NCBI GenBank assembly: GCA_028534125.1
Contig: CM052817.1
Location: 93,126,001-93,190,000, forward strand
Direction of reading: 5' to 3'
Length of the DNA stretch: 64,000 nt
Source: Lama glama
Taxonomy: Eukaryota
Positions 1-12,470 of the stretch are shown piece after piece. Under the pieces are notes generated by a model that was given only the letters and a program-made list of their open reading frames with translations, did no database searches and was not told the origin of the DNA. The stretch's first letter is position 1. The number at the start of each line of letters is the position of its first letter. Made by a program: the position numbers and the translations under genes.

Positions 1-288
1 AGGAGGGAACTGCATGAAATGTTATAGTTTATTTTAAATGATGTATGATTATTTCTTTCCCCAAATGAAGTAGCTATAGTCAATGTGGATGTGAGTTAAA
101 TTACGAGGAAGGCTGAAGATTTTAGGAATAAAGCCAAAGAAATTCCTATTGACTTCTGAAGCTTTCTGCATATGAGTCTTCCTGCCTTTTCAAGCATGAT
201 CAGGTATGGATGTAGTCATAAATCCAAGGAATGAAGACTATACAGTGCATAATTTTTAATCTTTTTATCTTACCTTTGACTCCTACAG

Positions 289-409
289 AATCCATTCCTA
301 CGTATGGTCATGTGGCTCTTTAAAGCAATGTCCCATCATGTGTCATGCTGGTGATGTCACAGGAAGCAAAGAAGTCAATGGTAGCAATAGCCAGCCTACA
401 GAAGGTCAT
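289..409 (+). other. IL15: IL15 5'UTR exon (homologue of human exon 2), non-coding, ATG-rich
   Basis: Acceptor tacctttgactcctacag|aatccattcc and donor ggtcat|gtaagt. The sequence resembles the recalled human IL15 5'UTR (AATCCATTCC..ATGGCCATGTGGCTCTTTGGAGCAATG..). Seven ATGs lie inside the exon. Confidence 0.85.
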
Positions 410-503
410 GTAAGTAAGGTTTTAAGAATTACATCATGCAGTATAGACCCGTTTATGTAATAATGTAATTAATAATAATGAATACGTGGAAACCACGTCA
501 TAA

Positions 504-507
<4 letters not shown>

Positions 508-546
<39 letters not shown>
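508..546. repeat. (AT)n microsatellite
   Basis: Perfect TA dinucleotide run of about 39 bp. Confidence 0.97.
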
Positions 547-548
<2 letters not shown>

Positions 549-648
549 CAGAAGTTTTTAAGAAATGAGCATCTTAGTTGAAAAAGAAAATGCCATTTGT
601 CACAGAATGTTGAAAGCATTTTCTAAGGACAGAGAGCATTGCACATAA

Positions 649-863
649 CAGAGGTGGGTAAATTTTCTTCTGAAAAGAGCCAAATAGTAAATTTTGATTC
701 TTTGCCAGCCAAACGATCTCTGTCACAACTGCTCAGCTCTACTGTTGTTGTTGGAAAGCAGCTGTAGGACGTGGGTAGGCCTGGCTTTGGCCCAACAGAA
801 CTTCATTTACAAAAACAAGTGGCAGGTGAAGTTTGGTCTGTGGGTCATAGTTTGGCAAGCCTG
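649..863. mobile_element. hAT-Charlie non-autonomous DNA transposon (MER58-like)
   Basis: cagaggtgggtaaatttt...gtttggcaagcctg inverted termini, about 215 bp, with typical MER58 internal motifs. Confidence 0.7.
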
Positions 864-1264
864 GGTATATAAGGTGAAGGAATTCTGCATCTCACTTTCT
901 ACTATATTACTAAGTTAATTTTAAAGGAACTGGGGTGGTTGAGGTTGATTAATAAATGTAATGCAACTATCAAATTGCTGAATGATTTAACTAATGTGAG
1001 GAAATTAGAGAATAATGTAGATTAAAGTGTTTGAATGACTACTTGAAACTGTGGAAAATGTTTGCGAATAATGTAAAATTAAATACAATCTCAAAAAATA
1101 AACAAACTAAAGCCACAGAAATTGAAATCCAAGGAACTGGCTTCTTCATAAAGTGAACACATGCTTCACTTTTACTTTCAGTTATAATGTTTAGGTCATT
1201 AGAAAAAATTTCTGTACCATGTGTATGGAACAAGAGAAGCAGTGGAGTAAATTTAGGAGTTTAT

Positions 1265-1277
1265 GAAAAGTGAAACT
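1265..1277 (+). promoter_or_regulatory. IRF-E/ISRE consensus motif (candidate)
   Basis: GAAAAGTGAAACT matches the IRF1/2 consensus; motif match only. Confidence 0.35.
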
Positions 1278-2619
1278 TTTTTGCAAAAATCCTAAGAGGA
1301 AAAAAAAGTAATTCCTTTCTTGTGCAATCATTTCTGGCCTCAGAAAATAATAAAAATAAATGTAAATTGAAAGTAAAAGTATGAAGAAAATGTTGCTCAT
1401 AATTACCTGCAAAGGAAAATGTATCCTCCAACTTCATGTGCTTCCTTGAAACTCCTCTGTTTCCTAGATTTTTTTTTTTGTTTTAAGAATTCAGTAAACT
1501 CAAGAAACAACTTACTGACAGTCTTAGGGTTAAACAGGTTTTGTGTGTTGCTATCATTGAGGCTCAAAGAAGACGTTGGGCAGTTTGGATGTTGAGGGAC
1601 AGAACTTGGACCATTTTTATAGTAGCAACATAGGTCTGAATTGTCTTGTCACTGTTTATGAAGAGGAATAAACAGATGATTTCTAAAAATTCCATTATGA
1701 GCAATTCCAGGGCAAAAACCAGGGGAATTTTCTTTCAATAAAATCATGCTTGAAATATGCAAGAAACTAAACAGGACTCTCCCATCAGTTGTTTTGAAGT
1801 CATAAGGAAAGTGCTTTCTGTTTTGAAATTCTTGATGGCAAGATTTTCAGCTACAGCTTCCTTCCTTTGTAACTTAAAAGCAGAGGCATTTAGATGTGGT
1901 GATTTTGTGGAGGCCTGTGAAAGCTACTCTTATCTGATGTGAAGGAGGGTCTCAAGATTTCAGCTGTATTTCTCATTACCTTTCTGATTATCAAAGTAAC
2001 GTGTTCACTCTAGTAAGAGTGAAAACTACAGAAAAGTGTAAAGTGGGGGGAAATGTCACCAGTAGTGTAATAACTAAGAGACAGCTTATTACATGATTCT
2101 TTCCAGGGTTACTTTTTCTGTATAGCTGATATAAAAATACTGGAAATCTGCCTTGTACTTTTGTTTATTTAACAGCAAACTGTGACATTTCCCTGTGACA
2201 TACTATTTTTAATATGTATGTAGTACTCCAACTTAAAAATGTATTACAATCCATTATAATATTTTAAATTTGTGGTTATTAAAATAATACTTCAGTGAAT
2301 ATATTTTTGAATAAATCTCTGACCAGATTGCTGAAAATTTTATTAGAAAAATTTTCTAGGAGGGAATTAAGATATTTAAAGTTATTAATATTTTAATGGT
2401 GCTGAAGACATATTCCAGAAATTATGTACACGTTTACACCCTCATCATCCCATTGTGAGTCTTGGTGACGTTGTACCCTAGTCAGTGCCGACATTTAACA
2501 ATTTTGAAACAATCCTTTCTGGTTCCACAATGAACGGGGCAGTGGCTTGGGCCAAATGGAATTCTCTTGGAAATCACATAGGATTGTGGAAAGACCCACA
2601 AACTATGTCTATAGCAAGA

Positions 2620-3370
2620 CTCAGAGACAATGACAAGCCATAAAATTCAGAACATGTGTAAGTGTTGGCAAAAGCAACTGAAGCCAGTAGAATTTGCACA
2701 GGAAGTTCCACTGGAGTGACAGAGGAACGTGGGAGTATGAGGGGGCCTAGTGATGACAGCTGTCAAGTCACCAGCAGATAATATTCCACCAAGGAAAAAG
2801 CCGTTTTCTGACTGGAAGATGAGCTTGAACATGGAGTCATTGCTGGGAGACGTGGAGAAAGATTCTTCGTCCACATGGGTGGCAGACTGCAACACGCACA
2901 TCTTTTCAAAAGGAGGGAAATGCGTTGGTAGGAAGGGTCTGTGTCCCTTAGTGGTAGCTTCTGGTGACAAAGCTGGAGGAGGTCAGAACTGGTGCGGAAG
3001 CTCTGACGGACTCCACAAGGTGCATCCTGCCAGGTGGGGCTGTGCACCTGCCCGCATCATGGGTTTCCAGCCTGGACTTTCCTCCTGCCGCAGAAATGTG
3101 GGCAAGTTAACAGGCTGCCTGGCTAATCTCTGACCAGTGGGATGCAGGAGTTAGTAACACATTCCTGTCCCTCTCTCCGCCTGGGCGTGACTGCAGCAGC
3201 TGCATTTTCGGTAGCTCTGCTCACTGAGAAATGGCCAGCCCTGCACCACTTCCTTCCCTGGCTGCATCTCTCTTCCTACTGCTTTCCCATTTCTACTTTC
3301 TCCTGCTTTCCTGGAATTGCACTCTTTACTGGAATACTTTTTCCTGTGCCTTGTGATGGTGTCATATCCT
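2620..3370. mobile_element. Degenerate ERVL-type LTR fragment (LTR16/LTR33-like)
   Basis: Block of higher GC containing tgaccagtgggatg and ccttccctgg..tctc motifs reminiscent of ERVL LTRs; boundaries approximate. Confidence 0.3.
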
Positions 3371-3379
3371 TATTGTTTG

Positions 3380-6300
3380 CCTGAATTCCTTTGGGATTTC
3401 TTCTCTGATTCTTGAGTTATTTAAAAAATATGCAGTGTTTATTTTTCAAACAATTGAGAATTCCTCATTAATTTATTTGTTACTAACTTCACAACCAGAA
3501 TTCTGTCAGATAACAAGAAACGAATCATTTCAGTCCTTTAAATTTTGTAATGACTTGTTTTAAGGTCATTACATAGGTGAACCTATGGGCATCTTTGGCA
3601 AATATTCCAAAAGTAAAAAGGGTAAATTTTGCTCTTCTGGGGCAATGCACCCTACATGTCAGGTAGATCATGTGTGTTAATTGTTTTTTCCTGCTTTATC
3701 CTTGCTGAATTTTTCTTTTCCTATTGCTCTATTACTTTTGAGAGAGAGATTTTAAAATCACCCACATGATGGTGAATTTGCCTCTTTCTTTTTTCTCTGG
3801 TTCTATTGATTTTGCTTTATAAACTTTAAAGCTATGACTTTAGGAGGCTGCATTTTTTTTTATCGTGATATCCCCCTGGTGAATTGACCTTTTTTTTGTG
3901 AATGAAATGCCCCCCTATCTTTCTAATAAGTGACTTGTCTTCAATTCTGCTTTTTCCAATAATAGTATATCTACCCCAGCATACTTCATTTAGTGTTTGC
4001 AATGATATATATTTTCCCTTCCTTTTACTTTCAGCCTGTCTTTGTCCTTATGTTTCAGATGTGCCTCTTGTAACATGTAGCTGTGTTTTTACATTTTTGT
4101 TTTTAATTTAACCTGACAACCTTAGTGTTTTACAGAGAACATTTAGTCCATTTTCATTTAGTACAATCACTGATATAGTTGTGTTTCTATTACCAACTAC
4201 TATTTATTTTTTCTATTTGACCCATCTCTTTATGTAGTTTTTTCTTCCTTTCTTGCCTTTGTTTGGATTAACCAACTTTTATTATCCTGTTTCCTCTACC
4301 AATTTAATTAACATTATTTTACTCTTTTATTTGATACCTTAACTATTATTATATCATGTATCTTTTAAAGTTGTTACTCTAGGTATCATTTGTTAAAGAT
4401 ATTATAATATGCATCATTTGTATATTACATTCTATCTAATGATTTTTTTAAAGAAGAGATTATTTCAGTGTGATTTAAACTTTTCCAGAGGAATACAAAT
4501 TCAAATTATTATAATGAAGTGAGGCTATCATTGACACCTAAACTTGGTCAAAAGTTCACAAGAAAAAAACTATTCCCAGTTTCATTTATGGATATCAGTG
4601 AAAAACTTCAGAAAATTATTAGCAGCAGCTGATTAAAGGAGTGATATATCATGATGAGGTAGGGTTCATTCCAGGGATGAAAGATTATGAACCATATTAA
4701 AATAATTCATCATAATAGTTGATCTAAGGGGAAAAATCCTGTTAACTTCTACTCATTTGACAAAATTCAACAGCCATTCTGGATTTTTTTTTTTTAAGAG
4801 ATAGCTCAGTAAAGAAATAGGTAAACATTTTATAACCATGACAAGCTGACAAACTATTTATGTGTTCACACATCTATATACACTAACTCAGCCCAGAGAC
4901 AGCATTGTAAATAATGGCAAAATGCTAGAAGCCCTTCTGCTATTTCTGCTCAAAAGTACAAACAGGGTAAGTGTGTCTGTTTCTCACCCCTGGTAGTGAC
5001 GTTGTATTAGAATTCTTAGATAATAAAGCCAGACAAGAGAAAGAAATCGGCAGTGTAAAATATAGAAAGGTGGAAGTAAAACTGTTATTTGTAGAAGACG
5101 TAACACTTAGAAGACCCAAAAGAATCTAACCTGAAAAATTTCTACTACTCAATTCCAGCATCTTAAAAAAAAAGATAAATTTGACTCATAAAAAAAAAAA
5201 ATCCTTTGGCTGGCAAAAACCAAACCAAAACAAAACAAAAACTCTGGGGAAATTCTGAAGAATGATAAACTGGGAAAAAATATTTTCCTCTCAGATCACC
5301 AGGAGTTTTCTTTCTAAATGTATTTTTTGAAGTTATGAGAGTGTGGGGAGGTCCCAAGCAGTAGAACAGTGGGCAAAGGTGAACGAACAGTTTGCATGAG
5401 AAAATACAAATTGTATTTGGATTCACGAAAATAATTCAGCCTCGTGTAAAATGCTAGTTGTTGTTTAATTTTATTTAAGGAATATGAGAATATAAGCATA
5501 TATTTCTAAATCTGCTTGCATTTCATAAGGAAACTTTCAAGCATCCACGAGAACTAACTAAAAATGGTTGTCGAAATCAAGAGAAGCCAGTGTGTGTTGG
5601 GTGTTTCACAGGGACAGGAATCAGGGCGCAGTTTCTAAGTGAATACCTTTTCCCTTGTTCTGTTTTCAGCCATGAAAATACATTACCTTTACAAAAAAAT
5701 ATAATAAAATGTAATTTTTAAATTTTGTGTTTCATCTGTACATTATAACTTGACATCTGCATGCATAGTTATCACCCCCATAAGTCAATAGAATGTAATT
5801 CCTTCCCAGATTTGAAAAGCGAGGAATTGCATTTCATTTTATTTTGCTTTCTTAATGACATTGGATATTGGATTCCTTAAAGTGTTCATTTGTTGCTTGT
5901 ATTTTCACTGAACTATCTGTTCAGGTTATTTTATATTTAGAGATACTTTTGTTTTTCTTACCTTGTTTTATAATCCTTTAAAATATGAAGAACCAGTACA
6001 TTTTAACACATTTATTTTCCTTTTTTTTACTCTGTTCATTCTATCAATTTGTTTATTATACAGTGACTTATAAAACTTACTAATTTTTATTTTTCTCAAG
6101 TCTGTCAATTTTATTTTGTTGATTTGTTTTAAGATTGCTTTAAAACTTAGCCAGAAATCAGATTCTTACATTTATTTTTTTCAGATGTAGTTTTTCACAG
6201 CTGGAATTAGTCATATGGTTAGATGAGAGTATAATTTTTCTCCTAAATTGCTAACCAATGACTTCATAGAACCTTTATTAAATAATAACTCTTCCCATGT

Positions 6301-7150
6301 CTGCTATGTTAAGGTTTAGTGTTATGATATTTCATTATCTATCAGTACTTCTGTGACAAACTTATTTTCATCTCATTGTAAATTTTAACACCCACTAGGT
6401 CTAGTTCCTCTTTATTATTTTTCTATTTCAAAATTATTCTATTTTCACCAGTGGATTTCCCCTGATGAACTGATTGTCAATTTCACTTCCAATTTCAATT
6501 CTTATGAAATAATTTAGAAAAATGATATTTCTGAAATACATAGTGTTTCCATCCAGGAATAAAGTATACTTCTCAAATTATCTATCTTTTTTGCTTTTTA
6601 ATTTCGTTTTACTGATTTTCATATAGTTCTAGTATATTCCTTTTCATATTTATTCCTAAGTGTTGTATAATTTTGTCACCAATGTGAATTAGATAATTTC
6701 ATCTACATATTGCTAATATATACAATGATGCATATAAAAATTATTGGCTATTTAATTTTTATTTATCATTTATTTTCTTCCAAATCATCTCACAGAACTT
6801 GCCATTTTAGTTATTATGATATCTCAGGTTCTTTGCTTAGTGTTGTTAATTAAATAATTGCAGAATTTACAAGTAATGGTCTTATTCTTTTGCATAGTTA
6901 TAACCATAGTTTGTTATTTTTCTGCTTTATTTTGTTGATCAGAAATTCCAGGAAAGTACCAAAGAATAACCACCAGGGTATCTTATTCTTACCCCTGAAT
7001 AAAGTGGGGATACCGAGAGTGGTTTGCTAGTAGGTTTGAAGTTGGTATTAGTTTAAAGAAGATTTGATTAAATTAAGAAATTATTCTATTCCTTTTACCA
7101 GGAATTTCTTACTTTTTTTTTAAAGCGTGGGTGCTGAATTTTGTCCAGTG
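3380..7150. mobile_element. Cluster of ancient L1 (L1M/L1ME) fragments in both orientations
   Basis: T-rich antisense L1-like text at 3.4-4.4 kb and 5.8-7.1 kb. Sense ORF2-like text at 4.5-5.15 kb (gtagggttcattccaggga, tttgacaaaattcaacagcc, agacaagagaaagaaat). Confidence 0.65.
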
Positions 7151-8869
7151 CATTGTTAGGGAGCTACTGGTGCAGAGACTGGGATGATTGAAATCTGAAG
7201 CCCAGCTCTACCACGTGCTACTGTTGTATCAGACCTCAGGCTAGCTGCTGATGCTCCCAGTCTGGAGATAGCAGTCCTGTTTTCCTCCCCGCACATGAGC
7301 TGGAGCCTTTAACATGTTGTACACAGTCTTGGACTAGCTGGCGCTCCCTAAGCAACGTCTACAGTTGTTATCATCTATTAAGATGATGGTGTAATTTTTC
7401 TATGGGACAACCTAAGATGAGAGATTCTAGCAAAGCAAGTCTGACTAGAATTTCAAATAGCAGTGGCTCACCTTATTAAGACCACATATCTGTCTACCCT
7501 GTGCTTGAGCATCTACGGTTTAATTCACACACTATTTTTTCACTCTCAGTATGCCACTCACCTCTGAAAAAAAAAATGTATGTGCTTCATCCAGTCAGCA
7601 GGATTTAGACACAAGTTTGTCTTCTGCTTTTCAAGGCTCTTTTTTCCAGGAAGGAAGGGTGGAGTTGAGTTAAATACTAATTTTGAAAATCGTTGGGTTT
7701 TTTTAGTTCTCAAAGTGGGTGATAACATGGAGTGTGTTTATTTTTGTCTTGGTAACTTAATATGCATGATACTCAGGAAGCTGATTAAACACTCTGATTG
7801 GTTAGTCACATGCACATGTATACCAAGGGCTAGTCATGTTGCGTGTAAGCATGACCCTCACTACCTCATCCACCATCAGTAAGCTAGTTATTTAATCCTT
7901 TCTCTTATCTTAATTTTAATTTTCTGATATCATAGGTTATTTTAATATTCTGTGGAAACCTAACCTGACATTGTTAATATTTTTCATGGGACAATATTTT
8001 TCATGGGACAACTCTCACTGTTAATAAAGCTCACTTCATATAACTGTAATTTGTTCATTTAAAAAGTGTACAGGAAGGGTGTATCCCTTTTATTAATATA
8101 TAGTATATAATTGCAGGTAAACCACTTTGTGATATTATTAAAACTTGTTAAATGATTGATTTTGTGACAGAGATAATGCTTAGTGCTACACATGCTGGAA
8201 AATACAGGCACATCCTTGTTAAGATGTGTTTTTTTCATAACGGAGGGCTTTTTGAAAGTCAGGTACTGCAGATCCTCTGAACCTCAGTCTGCCTATCCAG
8301 GTCACACCTTTAAGCCATCTCTGTGTGCTGGGGTCAGCTTCCTGTACGCCACCTCACCACTGCCTCTCCCTTGCAAGTCTCTGGCTTTCTCCTTAGTTGT
8401 CATCTGTGTTCTTTTGTGGGTTCTGGCAAAAACTTCTGGATTCCTTCTAGGGAGGAGGCTTGGGTGTGTTAACTCAGTCCTTCTCTCTGCCTAATGAGTC
8501 CTCACCTTTGCTTTTCTATCACATTTAGCTGCCCTTCTTGTTGGTGTCCATCAGGGATTCCCAAGTAGGGGGCAGGACCAAGCCCTGCCACCAAATGCAC
8601 ACTCAGCCCACTCCACCAAGGTACTGGCCCTTCGGTGGAGACTTTATCACGCACCCTCCTGGCTGAAGCGTCTGCTTGCCTCCCACTTTCTGATGCTGAG
8701 GGCAGCCTGTTGTCTACCCTTCGTTGACAGGCAGTGTGTTCACTCTCTACTGTAGAATTAGCTCTGTTCAGGCCAACTTTCATTTTCAAGGTAGGAGCCT
8801 CAGGATAGCCAGGCAGTAGGCATTTTCCAAACAGGAGGTGCCACTGGTTTAATTCTGAGAGGAGTGTAT

Positions 8870-9100
8870 TACAACGGTAAAAACATGGAAGGAAGCCGGG
8901 CTGCCTGTTTCCTGCCCTGGTGCTGCCACTCACTAGCTGTGTGACTTTGGGCAAGAAATCTCTGTTCCTCAGATTCCTCATCTTTAGAATGATGATACAC
9001 TAACTTCCTTATAAAGTCAATGAAGTAATAAATTAGTTAATAATATGTAAGTAGCTTAGAACAGTAACTAGTAATCAGTACTTAATATTTGTTAGCAATT
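8870..9100 (+). mobile_element. MIR SINE
   Basis: Core ccactcactagctgtgtgactttgggcaag...ctctgttcctcagattcctcatct. Confidence 0.8.
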
Positions 9101-9725
9101 ACTCTTTTCCTATTATTATCAGTAATCGTAAAAAAAAAAGTCATCCTTCTTTTATATATTTGAAAATGTAGAACATAAGTAAAATAAAGTGATGGCCTGA
9201 CTGATGGGAGATGAGTAACTTCCTACTGGCAAACATTTACATGGAAAATAAAGTTGGAACCAGAAATTGATACTTCGTAACCGACTATACTTTAATTAAA
9301 AAAAATAATAAAACTCGAAATGCAGGTACCTGATTAAGTAGGACTTTGAAAACGCCATATAATTTCAACAAACAACAGTGAGCAATAGGAGGCCTTGATA
9401 AAATTTGAGTGATGGTATAAGGAGAGTAAAGTTGTTGTTTAAATTAACCCATTAGGAACACAGAAAGTAAAATCAAAGAGTGAAATAGAGATAGTGATCA
9501 CTGGAAATCAGCCTTAAGGTGATGTAAGCCTCGATTCAGTTGTTGCAAACAGCACTGGTGACAGAGAAAAGCACAGAAATGGTTATCAGGGATCAGAGAG
9601 AGGCTTTGGCAAAGGTGTTTCTGAGCTAAGGGTCGTGGTTTTAAGAGAAATGGAGAATTTAAGAAGAGGGTATTGTCTGCACAGAAAAACTGAAAATTAA
9701 TTTTAGATTAATTAAGTTTGAGATA

Positions 9726-10150
9726 AACGCCATTTGCAGCAACATGGATGCTCCTGGAGAATGTCATTCTAAGTGAAGTAAGCCAGAAAGAGAAAGAAAA
9801 ATACCATATGAGATTGCTCGTATGTGGAATCTAAAAACCAAAACAAAACAAAACATACATAAATACAGAACAGAAACAGACTCATAGACATAGAATACAG
9901 ACTTGTGGTTGCCAAGGGGGCGGGGGGGTGGGAAGAGAGACTGGGATTTCAAAATTGTAGAACAGATAAACAAGATTATACTGTATAGCACAGGGAAATA
10001 TATACAAGATCTTATGGTAGCTCACAGAGAAAAAAATATGACAATGAATATATATATGTTCATGTATAACTGAAAAATTGTGCTCTACACTGGAATTTGA
10101 CACAACATTGTAAAGTGATTATAACTCAGTAAAAAATGTTAAAAAAAAAA
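9726..10150 (+). mobile_element. 5'-truncated young L1 3' end with poly(A)
   Basis: gccatttgcagcaacatggatg...ctaagtgaagtaagccag L1 3' motif and an A tail at 10141-10151. Closely similar to the antisense copy at 32.5-32.8 kb. Confidence 0.88.
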
Positions 10151-10228
10151 ATCTGAGATAGTGACAGGCTATTCATGAACTATAGAAATAATCCCTGAAA
10201 GTATAGTCTTAGTGACAGGCTATTCAGG

Positions 10229-10425
10229 TAGGGATTGGCAAATTTTTTTATGTAATGGGATGAACAGTAAATATTTTAGTCTTTGTGAGATAAATATGGT
10301 CTCTCTTACATAATCTTTTAAAAATTTCTTCTTTTAGTATTTTTAAATTTTTTTAAGTAAAAATGTAGAACAAAAACAAGCTGCCACCTGATTGGCCCCT
10401 TAAATCCATAGTTTACAAACTCCTG
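10229..10425. mobile_element. MER58-like hAT-Charlie element
   Basis: tagggattggcaaatttttt...ccatagtttacaaactcctg. Confidence 0.6.
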
Positions 10426-11999
10426 CTGTAGTTTATGGTAAAAGAACAGAGCCGTAGCAGGTAGGAGGGCTGGAGATCTAGATTTCTTAATCTCAGCATA
10501 GAAATATTTTGAAGTCACTACTGAGTATGGAATACTATATGCAGTATTCTAATTAAAGTTGAATTTTCTTGTGAAAATAAAATTATATAAGTATTTAAGT
10601 TATAAGTTTTTTTCCCAGAAATAGATTTTATAAAAATTATGTCTTCTTGTGAGCCCTATAAAGTTACTTTCTAAGGACTTCCATCAACTAAATACAAAAG
10701 TAAGTTCAATGAAATTAATATAGATAAGTTTTTTAAATTATTGTTTAGAATTTAACATAGTTAGATAATATAGTTTCTGAAAATTCCTAATTTCATAATT
10801 CTATGAAAATTAATGCAAAATAAAGTTTGACGTACTGGGTATTACAGAGCAAAAAGTGCTACCTCTGGTTTATGAGAGCATCGTGATAAATGACAGAACA
10901 AAACAGCACATAATTGTAGCCAACTGCACTTGGCATCAAGAAATGGGGATTAGTTATGTGTTAACTATGGGATTTGAGGGTGTTGTATTCTTTTAAACCT
11001 GATCAAAATAAATGAATTTTAGAAAGAATTTAATAAAACATTTTGAGTTCTTTAATTCTATTTAAATAAACCAAAATCAATGGCACAATTTTAAGAAGCC
11101 TCTTAAACTAGCCAGAATTAATGAGTCCATTTATGCCCTCAATTCAAGTAGATCACTAGGGAGTAATTATATTTGCCTGACAGAATTTTATTGATCTCGA
11201 GTTTAGCAAAGGCATTTTGCTTTTTACAACAGATTTCGAGAGAGATTCAGTCTTTTCCCATTAAAACCAAGAAATTATTTGATTTGTCTTATTTAAGGTG
11301 ATACCTTATTGCAGATAAACTTTTGACATCTACAAAGAGTATAACTTTCTTATAGATGCAGAGTCCAGATTACAGAAAGTGGTTTTAGATAAATTCAGCA
11401 TCATGTTCAATTCAGGTACTAAGTTTTGAGAAAAACATTGATAAATTAGGTTTTACTTAGAAAAAGACAACCAGAAATATAAATTATCTAGGTACTAACT
11501 CAAGTGAAAAATAGCAAAATCAACTAGCATGGAAAAGAAAGACCTTGGAGGGGTGTGGGGGTGGGCTACATGTATATCAGTTTTCTTAAGTAGCGGAAAT
11601 AGTAGAGGAAGCAACAGGTTGATTCATCCATCCATTCATCCATCCAGCCAGCCAGCCTTTTAAAAATAGCCTTTTTTATGTTATTAAGTCTTGCATGTGC
11701 TTGAAACACAGGGATGAGTAAGATATCACCCACCTAAGGAAGCTCATATTAATGAAGATACAGTTTTGTGGCAAGGTTATGAGCCAGCTAGTCTAATCAG
11801 CCTTTGTTTTCTTCTAAGTCTAGATAATAATAAAAATAATAAACTAGCTCATAAGATAAGGGGAGAAATGAGGTTGTGAAAAATACTGCAAAGCGCTGTA
11901 GAAAGTTAGATGATTTCACATTATAGACTGAGGGATTTATTGACAAGAGATTAGTAACTCATGTTTTCTAAATCTTGTGTTTTAAAAATTTACATATGG

Positions 12000-12470
12000 T
12001 GATCAGTTATCTATTGCTGGGTAACAAACCCCTCAAAATTTATTGACTTAAAGCCACAATGCTGTATTGTTTCTCATGATCTTGTTTGTTGACTGGTCAG
12101 TTTTTCTGCTGGTCTTGTCTTGGTTTATTCAAGATTCCTCATTCACGTGTCTGGGGCCTTGGGGGTTGGCTGTGGTCTGTGTTTTTCTCTCCATGTGGTT
12201 TTTTCATTTAGCAGTCTAGCTGGATTTCCGTTCGTGACAGCAGAAGCATTCAAAGATGGAGAAAACAGAGAGGCAAGGCTTCTTACCCAAGCCTTGAAAG
12301 TTGTACTTTATTTTGGCCACATCCTGTCAGTCACAGTAAATTATAGGATAGGGCCAACCCCAGTCAATGGGAGGGAGACTCCCCCTCTTGCTAGGAGAAG
12401 TGGTGACATCACATTGCACAAGGGCACTGGGATGGAAGGGACAAATTGTTGTGGTCATCTTTGCAACATG
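12000..12470 (-). mobile_element. MaLR LTR (MLT1 family)
   Basis: cagttatctattgctgggtaacaaacccctcaaaatt... typical MLT1 terminus; ttggccacatcctg...aggccaaccccag motif. Confidence 0.75.

Noticed and set aside
2647..3384. Overlapping ORFs of 80-127 aa
   Set aside because: No recognisable protein motif; they lie in a GC-richer LTR-like relic where chance ORFs are expected.
8502..8981. 159-aa minus-strand ORF
   Set aside because: It starts inside a MIR (MRNLRNRDFLPKVTQLVSG is a typical MIR translation) and shows no domain similarity.
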